Shown: positions 18,082 through 27,526 of the stretch, in pieces
How positions within the stretch are numbered: the stretch's first letter is position 1
Layout: every line of letters begins with the position of its first letter
Origin: an uncultured Candidatus Saccharibacteria bacterium
GTDB taxonomy: Bacteria > Patescibacteriota > JAUYIX01 > CAYNWW01
Length of the DNA: 64,000 nt
Reading direction: 5' to 3'
Assembly (NCBI GenBank): GCA_964401055.1
Contig: CAYNWW010000004.1
Span: forward strand, 13,390 to 77,389
The notes under the pieces: model-generated
Databases searched by the model: none
Seen by the model: only the letters and a program-made list of their open reading frames with translations
Told to the model about the DNA's origin: nothing
Position numbers and translations under genes: made by a program

Positions 18082-19281
18082 ATGGACATGAATATGCCGC
18101 AGCCCGAGCAGCCACAACAAAAAAGTGTGTGGCATCGGATTCCGTCGGCTCCACTGTTGGCGTTGCTGATGTTGGTAATTTTAGCGTTGACCGCGCTGAT
18201 TTCCGGCGGATTGGTGTATCTCTGGGAAGAGCAAAAGCACGGCGCACCCGTTGTTGTGCATCCGGTGTCCACAGTGACATCAACGCCGATTAAAAAATTA
18301 TCCGATTCAGTGCTGTTGTATTCTGAAGAAATTTCTTCGACTTCAAGCGGCGATCGTAATTATCCGACGATTCGTATTATGAAGCACGTGGGCGCCGCAC
18401 CGGCCGAAGAGTTGGTGCGCGTGGGAAAAGTCGGCGAATATCCGATGAATTTTCTTGTAAGTCCGGATAAAAACACGCTTGCCATTAATCTCGAGACGAA
18501 AGTGCAGTTGCTGGATTTAGAGACGAAAAAGCTGACCAATCTCGTGTCCGGCGCATCTTCTGTGCAAGGACTTGTGTTTTCTCCTGATGGGAAAAAGTTA
18601 TTGTTTGTCGATCGAGCGACAATAAAGACAGCAACACTTTCAACAAAATCCATTGACAGCATTACAACTGTTGATACTGACATATCTCTTTTTCCGTTAT
18701 TTTGGAGATCCGATGACGTGGTGTTTTTTGAAAGAGGCCTTGGTGAAATTGGCGAGGGAAAATATTTGGACTTGAAAACAAAAAAGCTTGTTGATGCTCC
18801 GGGTAAAATGGAGTACCGTGCGTTTAATGCGTCGGGTTCAGTTGCTGCCGTCGTAAAGAATACATCCAAGGATGTCTGTAACGAATTTTTCGGATCTACG
18901 CCCAGCGAATATTCGATCGTTGATCCGGTGACCGGTCAAGAATCCTGGAGTTTTGGTCGTACGGGTGAGCGAGTGTATCCACTGGGAATTTTCTCTGATG
19001 GGACAAGGGTGCTCTTTGCGAGCGAAAAAATTCCGGCGAAATATGGTGATTGTAGTACGGTAGCTGGCCGCACGTACTACGTATTCAGCAAAGACGAAGA
19101 ACAGGGGGAGTCAGGTGATCCGATTGGTCTTGCGCGCGAGTGGGATTTGCATCAAGTCGGCGTGACATATAATGTGACTGCAAAAAAATCTGAAATCATC
19201 GTGGATCTTGGCAATGGCGCGACCGAAGATCTCGCAGCTGGCAGCAAAACCGTGCGCGTGATTGACCAATTTTACAAATAG
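18082..19281 (+). CDS. Hypothetical membrane-anchored beta-propeller (TolB/WD40-like) protein
   Basis: N-terminal TM (LLALLMLVILALTALISGGLV). Repeats of the SPDGK/SPDKN type (LVSPDKNTLAIN, VFSPDGKKLLFVD). Confidence 0.45.
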   Translation: MDMNMPQPEQPQQKSVWHRIPSAPLLALLMLVILALTALISGGLVYLWEEQKHGAPVVVHPVSTVTSTPIKKLSDSVLLYSEEISSTSSGDRNYPTIRIMKHVGAAPAEELVRVGKVGEYPMNFLVSPDKNTLAINLETKVQLLDLETKKLTNLVSGASSVQGLVFSPDGKKLLFVDRATIKTATLSTKSIDSITTVDTDISLFPLFWRSDDVVFFERGLGEIGEGKYLDLKTKKLVDAPGKMEYRAFNASGSVAAVVKNTSKDVCNEFFGSTPSEYSIVDPVTGQESWSFGRTGERVYPLGIFSDGTRVLFASEKIPAKYGDCSTVAGRTYYVFSKDEEQGESGDPIGLAREWDLHQVGVTYNVTAKKSEIIVDLGNGATEDLAAGSKTVRVIDQFYK

Positions 19282-19353
19282 AATTGCGAGTATAATTAGT
19301 TGCATGTTTTGTCTTTTTGCGCTATGATTTGCCTTCGATTGAGGAGGTGGGTT

Positions 19354-19752
19354 ATGGATTGGGAAGAAATAAGAAGATCAACAAAAACGCCTCTCGAATT
19401 GCATATTGAGGAGCTAAAAAAGCTGGGGCTGATCGTTCAGCCGCCCAATTTAGAAGCTGCGCTAGGTGTTTTGCGATATATTGCAGCCGATGAGCTTTAT
19501 TATCAACCCGAGACGTATCCGTTGCATCTTATTCATTCATCTCGAGAGGACCGCGTGCGGGAGGTGCAGGAGTGGCATAGACAATATGTTAATACACACG
19601 TTTTTTATCAAGGAAAAATCTACGTGTGTGAATACGTCTGCCCGCGCGTACTGACGCAGGACGGGTGGATTGGGTTTTTACGAAAGCTTGATCCAAAAAA
19701 ACGCGGAGGCGTCCTTGCTGATATGAGGCATGTCACAATTGCCCCGTGCTAA
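19354..19752 (+). CDS. Hypothetical protein (133 aa)
   Basis: Strong SD (GAGGAGGTGGG) upstream of the ATG at 19354. No family recognised. Confidence 0.4.
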   Translation: MDWEEIRRSTKTPLELHIEELKKLGLIVQPPNLEAALGVLRYIAADELYYQPETYPLHLIHSSREDRVREVQEWHRQYVNTHVFYQGKIYVCEYVCPRVLTQDGWIGFLRKLDPKKRGGVLADMRHVTIAPC

Positions 19753-19775
19753 TCGCAGAGTAAGTGCTGCGATTT

Positions 19776-22163
19776 TTATTTTGGCAAAAAGCGGGGCGGT
19801 TTCACGCCGGCGATTTTTGAGATTGCGTTGAGGTCGCGGAGACCTACTTTTCCGATGTAGAGCTTACGAATATCTCCGCCGCGCGCCACAAATGCGGCAA
19901 TATCTTTTTTGCCTTTGAAATACAAATAATATCGCGTGAAGGCGCCTGGTTTCGAGGTGTCGCCCATGCCGCGTTTGACTTTGAATGTAATGCTCCAGGA
20001 TTTTTCTGGGGACACACCGAGTGCGCAGAGAGCGTTGTAGGTTTCGCGAAATGAGCTGCGAAGTGCGAGATCGGTTGCGATCACGAGAAGCGCGGTGGTG
20101 TCGAAGCGGCGAGGGTTTTTGTAGATGCGTTCTTTGTTATAAATCGCCAAGCCTTCCTCGGTCGCGAGATAGTCGGCGAAGCGCGAGAGAAAAATTTTGT
20201 ATGGTTGCTGAAGGGCATTTTGGCGGCGGAGCATGTGGGTGTCGATCTCGTGTGCGAGCGTGCCTTGGAGTTCGAGAGCGGTAAAACGTGCGTTGGTGCG
20301 AAGTTTGATGGTGGGCACGCCGGCAAGCGCATGAATAGAAATGCGCGTTGGGAGATTTTTTTCGATTACCAGTTTGTATGGAAATCCATACTCGGCCATC
20401 TTTTTTTTGATCACTGCAAGTGTTGATTTGAATTTGAGTGGCTTTTCTCGGCCTTCGCGCGTATTGGCACTGCGTTCGGCGCGATATTCTTTGAGTGCGA
20501 GCTCGACAAGAGCCGCATCCGGTGCGCCATAAAGTTCTTGTGCGAATTTTGAAAAATCCGGCTTGCCGATGTGCTCGCGCAATCTGACTTTTTTGAAATC
20601 CTCATCGCGTTTGCGCGCGAGAAGCTGGTCGATCGGGTTATTATCAAATTTCATTTCATTGAGTTTTTCTTTGATGTGCGCAATCTCAGTCAGCACGGGT
20701 GGATACAAAAACTGTGGATTTGTGTCAGATGAAGCAAAAAATGCCCGCTTTTCTTCTTCGTAGTTGCTCGGACGCAGGCGGTTGAGCACCGGAATTCGCT
20801 GTGAAATAGTGGCAAGACGCTTGTCCAAGACTTTGCTTCGCGCAATCTTGCTTTCTTTTTCGGTTGGTTTGCGCTTGAGCGGATCAATGTAAAAGCCTTG
20901 CAAATCTTTTTTGCCGATGACAAGTGAAGAGGTGAGCTCGTCGTCTTTTGCCACGCGTGCAGTGGTTGCGATGCGCTCGTCATCGAGATAAAATTCGATA
21001 TCGGCGAGTTTGCGCTTGCGTTTCGGTTCTGTTGGGACGGGCTCGGTGGTGATTTCGAGGCGTAGTTCGTTTGCAAGGCTTTCGCGGATGGCGCTGAGCC
21101 CGAGTGATGTGTCAATCCGTGCGATCAGGTGATAAAATTTTCCATCATGTATTTTGAGCCGTACCGGCTCCACGAGCCCGATGACGTGCCGACCGGAAAT
21201 GTCCTCGATTTTTCGTTCGATATCGCCGCCAAATAATTCGCGCGCGACTTTGATCCCTTTGGATACACTGTCGATTTTAAGTCCGCGCACGCGACGGAGT
21301 CTACCGGCGAGCCCTGCGCGCGTCACATTTTGAATTTCCAGACCGGGGCGCGCATTGAGTTCGAGTACGATCGGGCCAAGATTTTTGTCCAGCGCGATAT
21401 CTGCTCCGAGGTAGCCGATGCCTGTCACGCGCTGACAGCGGACGGCGATTTCGAGAATTTCATCCCAAAAAGGAATTTGGAAATCTCGCAGATCCTCCGC
21501 AGTGTCGGGATGTTTGTCGAGCGAGTGGCGCCGTGGCTTTTTGACGAGCGCGGTTGTGGTCAACCCGGTCGCCAAATCAATCCCAATTCCAATTCCGCCT
21601 TGAGCCAGATTTGCTTTGCCGTTGGATTTTTTTGTGGAGACGCGCATCATGGCCATGATCGGTACGCCGTTGTACACGATGATTCGAATATCGGGAGTTC
21701 CTTTGTATGTCAAGCCGCGAAGTGCTTGGTGGTTGATGATGCGTTCTTCGAAAAATGCAACATCTGGTTGGTTGGAAATGGAAAAGTTGCCATCAAGAAT
21801 GTTGAGGATATGGCGCTTGAGATCGTTGAGGGTGTAATGTTCGCCTTTGGTCGTCACCCATGTCGTCACGCCGGAAGATTCGTCGCGCTCTTTGCGGCGG
21901 ATGACCACGATGCCTTCACCACCCGAACCTTGATTCGGCTTTATGACAAAGCTTTCGGGCAAAATGTCCCAGTTGAATTGATCCAAATCTTTTGTCGACC
22001 CGATCACTGCATGCAGTACGGCAGTTGGAATGGAATTTTTGATGAGCAGTCGCTTGGTGAGCAATTTGTTGTTTGCGATCCGAATAGCCGCGGGCGGATT
22101 GCTCCGACGCACATATTCAATGTTGCGCTCATTGATACCCAAGATATCATTTGTGCTTTGCAT
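19776..22163 (-). CDS. Fusion protein: RimK-like ATP-grasp (alpha-L-glutamate-ligase-like type) + C-terminal HExxH 'QEGLA'-type (DUF1704-like) metallopeptidase domain
   Basis: N-terminus ILGINERNIEYVRRSNP...NNKLLTKRLL plus GSGGEGIVVI and LELNARPGLEI (ATP-grasp). C-terminal LAHEIDTHMLRR (HExxH) and YLATEEGLAIYNKE (QEGLA-like). Confidence 0.65.
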   Translation of the reverse strand: MQSTNDILGINERNIEYVRRSNPPAAIRIANNKLLTKRLLIKNSIPTAVLHAVIGSTKDLDQFNWDILPESFVIKPNQGSGGEGIVVIRRKERDESSGVTTWVTTKGEHYTLNDLKRHILNILDGNFSISNQPDVAFFEERIINHQALRGLTYKGTPDIRIIVYNGVPIMAMMRVSTKKSNGKANLAQGGIGIGIDLATGLTTTALVKKPRRHSLDKHPDTAEDLRDFQIPFWDEILEIAVRCQRVTGIGYLGADIALDKNLGPIVLELNARPGLEIQNVTRAGLAGRLRRVRGLKIDSVSKGIKVARELFGGDIERKIEDISGRHVIGLVEPVRLKIHDGKFYHLIARIDTSLGLSAIRESLANELRLEITTEPVPTEPKRKRKLADIEFYLDDERIATTARVAKDDELTSSLVIGKKDLQGFYIDPLKRKPTEKESKIARSKVLDKRLATISQRIPVLNRLRPSNYEEEKRAFFASSDTNPQFLYPPVLTEIAHIKEKLNEMKFDNNPIDQLLARKRDEDFKKVRLREHIGKPDFSKFAQELYGAPDAALVELALKEYRAERSANTREGREKPLKFKSTLAVIKKKMAEYGFPYKLVIEKNLPTRISIHALAGVPTIKLRTNARFTALELQGTLAHEIDTHMLRRQNALQQPYKIFLSRFADYLATEEGLAIYNKERIYKNPRRFDTTALLVIATDLALRSSFRETYNALCALGVSPEKSWSITFKVKRGMGDTSKPGAFTRYYLYFKGKKDIAAFVARGGDIRKLYIGKVGLRDLNAISKIAGVKPPRFLPK

Positions 22164-22172
22164 GAACGGAAA

Positions 22173-23717
22173 TTATTCTTCGTGAAATCGGAGCGCTTCT
22201 CGAAACCGGAGAAGCTCAAACAAGCGCAAGCCGGTCCAGCGACCGATCACCAGATTGATTACTACCACGAGCAAGATGATCTCCGGATAGTTGATGACAA
22301 ATGATTGCAGTACGTCCCAGCTCAAAATGTAATAGCTCAATACCGAGAGGAGGACGGTTTCAAGCGATAACATGAGCGCTTCAAACGAACCTTTTTCGAT
22401 TTGCACCGAAATAAATTTTTCCACAATAATAATCAGCAGCAGCATCGGGAAAAATGATGTTGCAACTACCGGCATGTTGAAAAATGCCATTGTCGCGAGT
22501 ACCCCGAGAAGCGAGAGTGCGACCGCGGTGAGCACGAGCGCCATTTTGGGAAAATAGAAGAAATGAAATCGCTTCAAAATAAATCGGACGAGCGTGCCGG
22601 TGCCGAGCACAACCGCGAGAATAATCAATCCAATTTTGATCCCAAGCGCAAGAAATGACAGTGTGATGATCGCAGGGGCATAAATACCAAACGCTTTCAA
22701 GCCAATAATCTGTCGCGCCAACACAATGATTGTGGCAATAATCGGAAAAATGAGAATCAGTGTGATCGTGTTGATGGGAATTCCTTTGTTGACCATGTAG
22801 TTGACCAGGTAGGATAGGAAATTGAGCGGTCCGAGTTTGCCGCCACCGCGCTCGCTATGAATTCCGATCACTGAATATTCAACACTCGCTTTTTGGAGAG
22901 TTTGGGCAAGCGTGCCTCGCTGAGAAATTGTCGCATCACTGATGACGCCCATTGCTTGCGGTCTGGTGAGGATGATGGATTCCGGGCGCAGGAGATCAAA
23001 CGCGGATTGTGCCGTGCGCGCGATGACTCCAAAATTTTGATCAGTGAGAACGATGACTGTTTTGTGCGCAAAATTTAAATCACTGAGGTTGTGTGCGGCT
23101 TGTGCGAATTGGCTCAGGATGTTGAGGCCGGTGTTGCCGGATGTCCAGGTGATAATCGTATCTGCTTTGCGTACAAAATCGGTGTTGGCAAGTAGTATTT
23201 GTGTGAGCTGAGCTTCTTGCAAAAAGTCTCCGTTGCCGCTGCGATCTGCAATGGTGAACAGAAGTCGTCCTTGGCGTGCGCTAAATCGTTCGAATTGTTT
23301 GACCGTTGCAGCGTCGGTAGATGTGTCGGTCACCAAAATGTCGATGTGATCAAAGACCGATACCACAATTTCGTCGTACGAGCTTGTGCCCGCCTGCGTA
23401 TTGACGGTAAATCTGACGGCGTAATCACCTGGTTTTGCGTATTCGTGCGATGCGGTACCGCCAGCTGTGGTGATTTTTGCGCCATCGCCAAAGTCCCAAT
23501 TGTATGTCAGAGGGGAATTGTCCGAATTAATCGACGCCGATGAATCAAAAACTACCGATCTGCCAACGATCGTACTACGATCATCGCCGATTTCTGCATG
23601 TAGTTGGGGAGCCGTAACTTGTGGAGGCGTCGCATCTTGGGCATGCACTGGTTGTGTTGTGAATGAGCCGGCAAAAATTGTTGCGCATATCGTCAATGCC
23701 AGCAAGCGTGTGTTCAT
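22173..23717 (-). CDS. Secreted/membrane protein: signal peptide + PKD domain + ectodomain + C-terminal 7-TM module (7TM-transglutaminase-like receptor class)
   Basis: MNTRLLALTICATIFAGSF signal peptide. PKD motif (LTYNWDFGDGAKITT...HEYAKPGDYAVRF). Seven hydrophobic helices in the last roughly 210 aa. Start taken at MNTRLL (23717), 4 nt after the ruvC stop. Confidence 0.6.
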   Translation of the reverse strand: MNTRLLALTICATIFAGSFTTQPVHAQDATPPQVTAPQLHAEIGDDRSTIVGRSVVFDSSASINSDNSPLTYNWDFGDGAKITTAGGTASHEYAKPGDYAVRFTVNTQAGTSSYDEIVVSVFDHIDILVTDTSTDAATVKQFERFSARQGRLLFTIADRSGNGDFLQEAQLTQILLANTDFVRKADTIITWTSGNTGLNILSQFAQAAHNLSDLNFAHKTVIVLTDQNFGVIARTAQSAFDLLRPESIILTRPQAMGVISDATISQRGTLAQTLQKASVEYSVIGIHSERGGGKLGPLNFLSYLVNYMVNKGIPINTITLILIFPIIATIIVLARQIIGLKAFGIYAPAIITLSFLALGIKIGLIILAVVLGTGTLVRFILKRFHFFYFPKMALVLTAVALSLLGVLATMAFFNMPVVATSFFPMLLLIIIVEKFISVQIEKGSFEALMLSLETVLLSVLSYYILSWDVLQSFVINYPEIILLVVVINLVIGRWTGLRLFELLRFREALRFHEE

Positions 23718-23721
23718 GGTG

Positions 23722-24228
23722 CTAATTAGTGATGAGACTTTGTGAGGCCGCGTGAAGTTTGATGCGGAATGCATGGCAGAGTGCGCCGGCGATTGCATCA
23801 ACCGCGTCGTCCGGCGTGGGTGTGGTGGTGATGCGAAGGGTGAGTTGAGTCATTTTCAAAACTTGAGATTTGGTGGCGCGACCAAAACCGGTGACAGTTT
23901 GCTTGATCTCAAGAGGGGTGTATTCAAAAATAGGAATCGCGCGGGCGGCGATGCGCTCGACGGTGACGCCGCGTGCGTGTGCGACATTGAGTGCGGTGGT
24001 GGTGTTTTGTGCAAAAAATAATTTTTCAATCGAGACAACGTCTGGTCGTGCCGCTTCTAGAATTTCTTCCAAATCTCGTCGGAGAATAGTCAGTCGATGC
24101 ACAAATTCGGTGTTCGCGGGCGTAGTGATAACGCCAAAATCATGCAGCGAGAGCGAGGCGTCCGGCGCCACGTCCACCACGCCAAATCCGGTGATCCCGA
24201 ATCCGGGATCAATTCCCAAAATCCGCAT
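23722..24228 (-). CDS. ruvC: Crossover junction endodeoxyribonuclease RuvC
   Basis: MRILGIDPGFGITGFGVV ... ARPDVVSIEKLFF ... DAVDAIAGALCHAF (catalytic D/E/D/D). Confidence 0.9.
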   Translation of the reverse strand: MRILGIDPGFGITGFGVVDVAPDASLSLHDFGVITTPANTEFVHRLTILRRDLEEILEAARPDVVSIEKLFFAQNTTTALNVAHARGVTVERIAARAIPIFEYTPLEIKQTVTGFGRATKSQVLKMTQLTLRITTTPTPDDAVDAIAGALCHAFRIKLHAASQSLITN

Positions 24229-24940
24229 TGAGGTAGACTTCGGTCATATCATCGTTGTCATCGAGCTGGTTGAGGACGTCAGTGACGGCTTCAACGTCGG
24301 CCGGATTTGTGATGGTAATACGTTCTTTTGGCTTATAAATAATCTGCGCGGATTTGATCTGTGCGCCTCGCGCTTCAAATGCGCGTTTGACCGCAGCGAG
24401 TTCGGTAGGTTTTGTATATGCGACGTATTCGTCTGCGTCTGTTGTCGCATCTTCCGCGCCGCATTCGACAGCGAGAAGCAAAAAATCATCCGCGGTGCCG
24501 GCGGTTGTGGGTGGCATGACAAGCTCGCCCACGATGTCAAACATCCAAGCGACGCTGTTGCGTGCGCCAACCGTGCAGCCCGCGCGGCTCAGGATGTGTT
24601 TGATGTCTGAGTTGGTGCGGTTTTTATTATCTGTGACCGCCTTGGCAATAATTTTTGTGCCAGCCGGTCCGAATATTTCAAATGTCATCTCTTCCAACTC
24701 TTGCGCATCTTTGCCGCCGACGGCTTTTTCGATCGCGCGCTTGATGTTGTCATTGGGCAGATTGCCTTCGCGCGCTTTGTCTACGGCGAGGCGGAGGCGA
24801 AAGTTGGTGTCGGGATCGCCACCGCCGGCGCGTGCAGCCACGGTGATGAGTCGTGAGAGCTTGGTAAAAGACACGCCTTTTTTGGAGTCGGTCGCGGCTT
24901 TCTTATGCTTAATTTGTTTCCATTTGGAATGGCCGGACAT
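24209..24940 (-). CDS. yebC: YebC/PmpR-family DNA-binding transcriptional regulator
   Basis: MSGHSKWKQIKHKKAATDSKKGVSFTKLSRLITVAARAGGGDPDTNFRLRLAVDKAR, canonical YebC. Upstream of ruvC as usual. Confidence 0.9.
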   Translation of the reverse strand: MSGHSKWKQIKHKKAATDSKKGVSFTKLSRLITVAARAGGGDPDTNFRLRLAVDKAREGNLPNDNIKRAIEKAVGGKDAQELEEMTFEIFGPAGTKIIAKAVTDNKNRTNSDIKHILSRAGCTVGARNSVAWMFDIVGELVMPPTTAGTADDFLLLAVECGAEDATTDADEYVAYTKPTELAAVKRAFEARGAQIKSAQIIYKPKERITITNPADVEAVTDVLNQLDDNDDMTEVYLNADFGN

Positions 24941-25009
24941 AGGTATGTGTCGGTGAATACGGCCGAATAATACTCCGATGCGTGGCCGTTGTCAACCCTT
25001 CGCGTGCGC

Positions 25010-27055
25010 TTACAGCGCCAGAATTATTTTTCGGATTAAATCGTTTTTTGAATCCGCGACGTAGAGATTTTTTCCTACAACGAGGAGGCCTTTTGGATCA
25101 TTGAATCGGGCGAGCGCGCCCACGCCGTTGCGATAGCCTTTGATCCCTTCTGTGCCTGCGACTGTGGTGACTGCGCGTGTGGCTATGTTGATACGGCGAA
25201 TTTTATTTCCGCCCGCTTCGGAAACATACAAATAGCTTCCTGAGATCGCCACATATTCTGGAATAGAGAAAAATGCAGCTGTGCCTATCGCGTCGCGATA
25301 TCCTGAGCGTCCTGCACCCGCAAACGTTTCCACTTTTCCATCACTGATGCGGACGCGTCGGATGGCGCTATTGTAACTGTCGGCGACATACAAATATGTG
25401 TTTGTGGAGTCGACTGCAACGCCCATCGGGCGGTTGAATTTTGCTGCTGCGCCTGTGCCATTGGTGTAGCCCGCGCTTGAGCCTGCGAGAAAACTCGTAG
25501 ATCCGTCGCTGGTGCTGACTTTGCGAATGCGCGCGTTGGATGTGTCGACCACGTAGAGCGTGGAGTTGTCTGGCGAAATCGCGATGCCGCGCGGATTGTC
25601 GAACTTGGCGGAGGTCGCCGAGCCTTCGGCATATCCGTTGCCCGAACCGGTCACGTTGGTGTTGCCGCTACCTGAAACGAAGGATGAGGTGCGCGTTGCA
25701 ATATCAACTTTGCGAATGCGGTTGTTCCAAGTGTCTGTGAAATAAATAGTGCTGCGAGTTGAATCAACCGCGAGGCTGGAGATGGTGCTTGCGCGGCCGG
25801 TCGATCCGGTCGCGTCTTTGTAATTGTCGATGCTATTTCCCCAGATTGCGGTGCGCGTGGCGGTCGGGAGATACACTTCGCTGAGCTTGTTGTTTTCCGC
25901 GACGTACATACAGTTGTCATCGCTCGACGCTTTTGCAAGCGCCCATGGTCGTCCGACATTTGCAGCCGGGGCGTCACCATCATTGTTTTCAAATCGATCG
26001 CTGCCGATGTAAATTCCTTGATCGGTCGTCGGTGCGGATTTTCCAAAGCGATAAATGGTGCCCAGCCCGGAGTTTGCGACGTAGATGTTGGACGCGTCGA
26101 GTGTGATGCCGGCCGGGAAATTGAGCGAGGTCATGGTTTTGTCTGATGCGACCAGTGAAGTTGTGCCGGTGGCGATGTTGATTTTGCGCAATTTGTCCGT
26201 GAAGCCGTTGCCGTCGGTGACGTAGAGTGAGTCGCCGTCGCGGGCGATGCCCCACACAGTTTGAAACGAAGCTGCAGCGCCGGTGCCTTCGGCATACGCA
26301 TTGCTGCCGCTGCCGGCGATGAGTGTTTGTGCGCCGGTTGCGATGGTGATTGCGACGACTTTGTGCGCGCCGGTTGAGGTGACGTAGAGTGTTTTGCCGT
26401 TACCTGAGATTGCCATTTTTCGTGGGCCGCTGAGGAGGCCGCCGCTTGCGAGCGTGTGCATGATGCCAGCGCCCGCGCCGCTGCGATACATCCATTTGAT
26501 GGCGTTGTTGCCGGTGTCGGCGATGAAGAGGCGGCTTGCGGTCGCGAGCACGCCTTCCGGTTTGTTGAGTCCTGAGGCGAACAGAGTGACTGGGCCGCGC
26601 GCGGTGGTGGATTTTTTAATTTTGTTGTTACCGGTGTCGGCGATGTAGATCGTGCCGTCGGATGCAACCGCAATGCCTTTTGGTTCAGCAAATTGTGCGC
26701 TGGGTGCGAGGCCGAGACTGTCGCCGTATGAGCCGCTTCCGAGAAATTTCGAAAGCATGCTGGTGCTTGCGGTCATGCGTTTGATCATACTATTGTTGGT
26801 GTCGGCGATAAAAAAATCTCCGCTCGTCGGATCGATTGCGACATCTTGTGCGAAATCCAAATATGCGTATGCCGAAGTTTTTTCTGCGCTGTTTCTGCCG
26901 AACACGCTACTCATAAATGTGGAGACGTCACCGACGGCTCGAATGTGTGGGCGAGCGAGGGCTGTTGTCGCTGAAGCAGTCTGAGGTGATGTGCTGATGA
27001 GTGTCGCGGCAAGTAGTACAAGCGCACTCGCAGCAAATGTTGTTGTTTGTTTCAT
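25010..27055 (-). CDS. Secreted NHL-repeat beta-propeller protein
   Basis: Signal peptide. Numerous NHL-type repeats (YIADTGNNKIKK, LYVADSYNSAIRRV, LYVADSKNDLIRKI). Confidence 0.7.
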   Translation of the reverse strand: MKQTTTFAASALVLLAATLISTSPQTASATTALARPHIRAVGDVSTFMSSVFGRNSAEKTSAYAYLDFAQDVAIDPTSGDFFIADTNNSMIKRMTASTSMLSKFLGSGSYGDSLGLAPSAQFAEPKGIAVASDGTIYIADTGNNKIKKSTTARGPVTLFASGLNKPEGVLATASRLFIADTGNNAIKWMYRSGAGAGIMHTLASGGLLSGPRKMAISGNGKTLYVTSTGAHKVVAITIATGAQTLIAGSGSNAYAEGTGAAASFQTVWGIARDGDSLYVTDGNGFTDKLRKINIATGTTSLVASDKTMTSLNFPAGITLDASNIYVANSGLGTIYRFGKSAPTTDQGIYIGSDRFENNDGDAPAANVGRPWALAKASSDDNCMYVAENNKLSEVYLPTATRTAIWGNSIDNYKDATGSTGRASTISSLAVDSTRSTIYFTDTWNNRIRKVDIATRTSSFVSGSGNTNVTGSGNGYAEGSATSAKFDNPRGIAISPDNSTLYVVDTSNARIRKVSTSDGSTSFLAGSSAGYTNGTGAAAKFNRPMGVAVDSTNTYLYVADSYNSAIRRVRISDGKVETFAGAGRSGYRDAIGTAAFFSIPEYVAISGSYLYVSEAGGNKIRRINIATRAVTTVAGTEGIKGYRNGVGALARFNDPKGLLVVGKNLYVADSKNDLIRKIILAL

Positions 27056-27130
27056 AGGTACAATTAATGATCTGATAATCTTAATGCAGTATACAATGCG
27101 AGCAAGTCATCCGCGAGCAAGAAAAAAGAC

Positions 27131-27490
27131 TTATGCGTGTGCATAAGTCTCGGCGATGAGAGCGAGGATTTGAGGAGGGATTTCTTCCTCGCGAATTGTC
27201 TTTGACAGTATGACTGAACCGCCAGTGGTCTGCCAATACTTTTTTTGCATATCGAATGCGTATTCGCAAACCGCGGCAGTACGCCCGCTCGCAAATATTT
27301 TTTGAACCCACACGTTGATATGAGTCTCTGCCCTTTCAATAAGAATTGTTCCTTGTAGAGCAACTTGAATGACACCATGGATGTCTTCGAAGATTATAAC
27401 TGGCTTTTTATCTAGCCACTCGCCCAACTCGAATCGCAAGCTAACCTCCTGAAATGCATTGATTCGCACGACGTGTGCGCTCAACGACAT
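27131..27490 (-). CDS. Hypothetical protein (119 aa)
   Basis: Intact ORF with coding-like composition between the NHL and pilT genes. No family recognised. Confidence 0.3.
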   Translation of the reverse strand: MSLSAHVVRINAFQEVSLRFELGEWLDKKPVIIFEDIHGVIQVALQGTILIERAETHINVWVQKIFASGRTAAVCEYAFDMQKKYWQTTGGSVILSKTIREEEIPPQILALIAETYAHA

Positions 27491-27526
27491 TCAAAGATAT
27501 CATTGAAAAAATTGCGCGTCAAGACC

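Noticed and set aside
16905-18283. Minus-strand ORFs 16905..17828 and 17456..18283 antisense to tyrS
   Set aside because: Shadow ORFs. tyrS motifs are clear on the plus strand.
21330-22304. 324-aa plus-strand ORF antisense to the ATP-grasp gene
   Set aside because: Shadow ORF. The ATP-grasp and peptidase motifs are on the minus strand.
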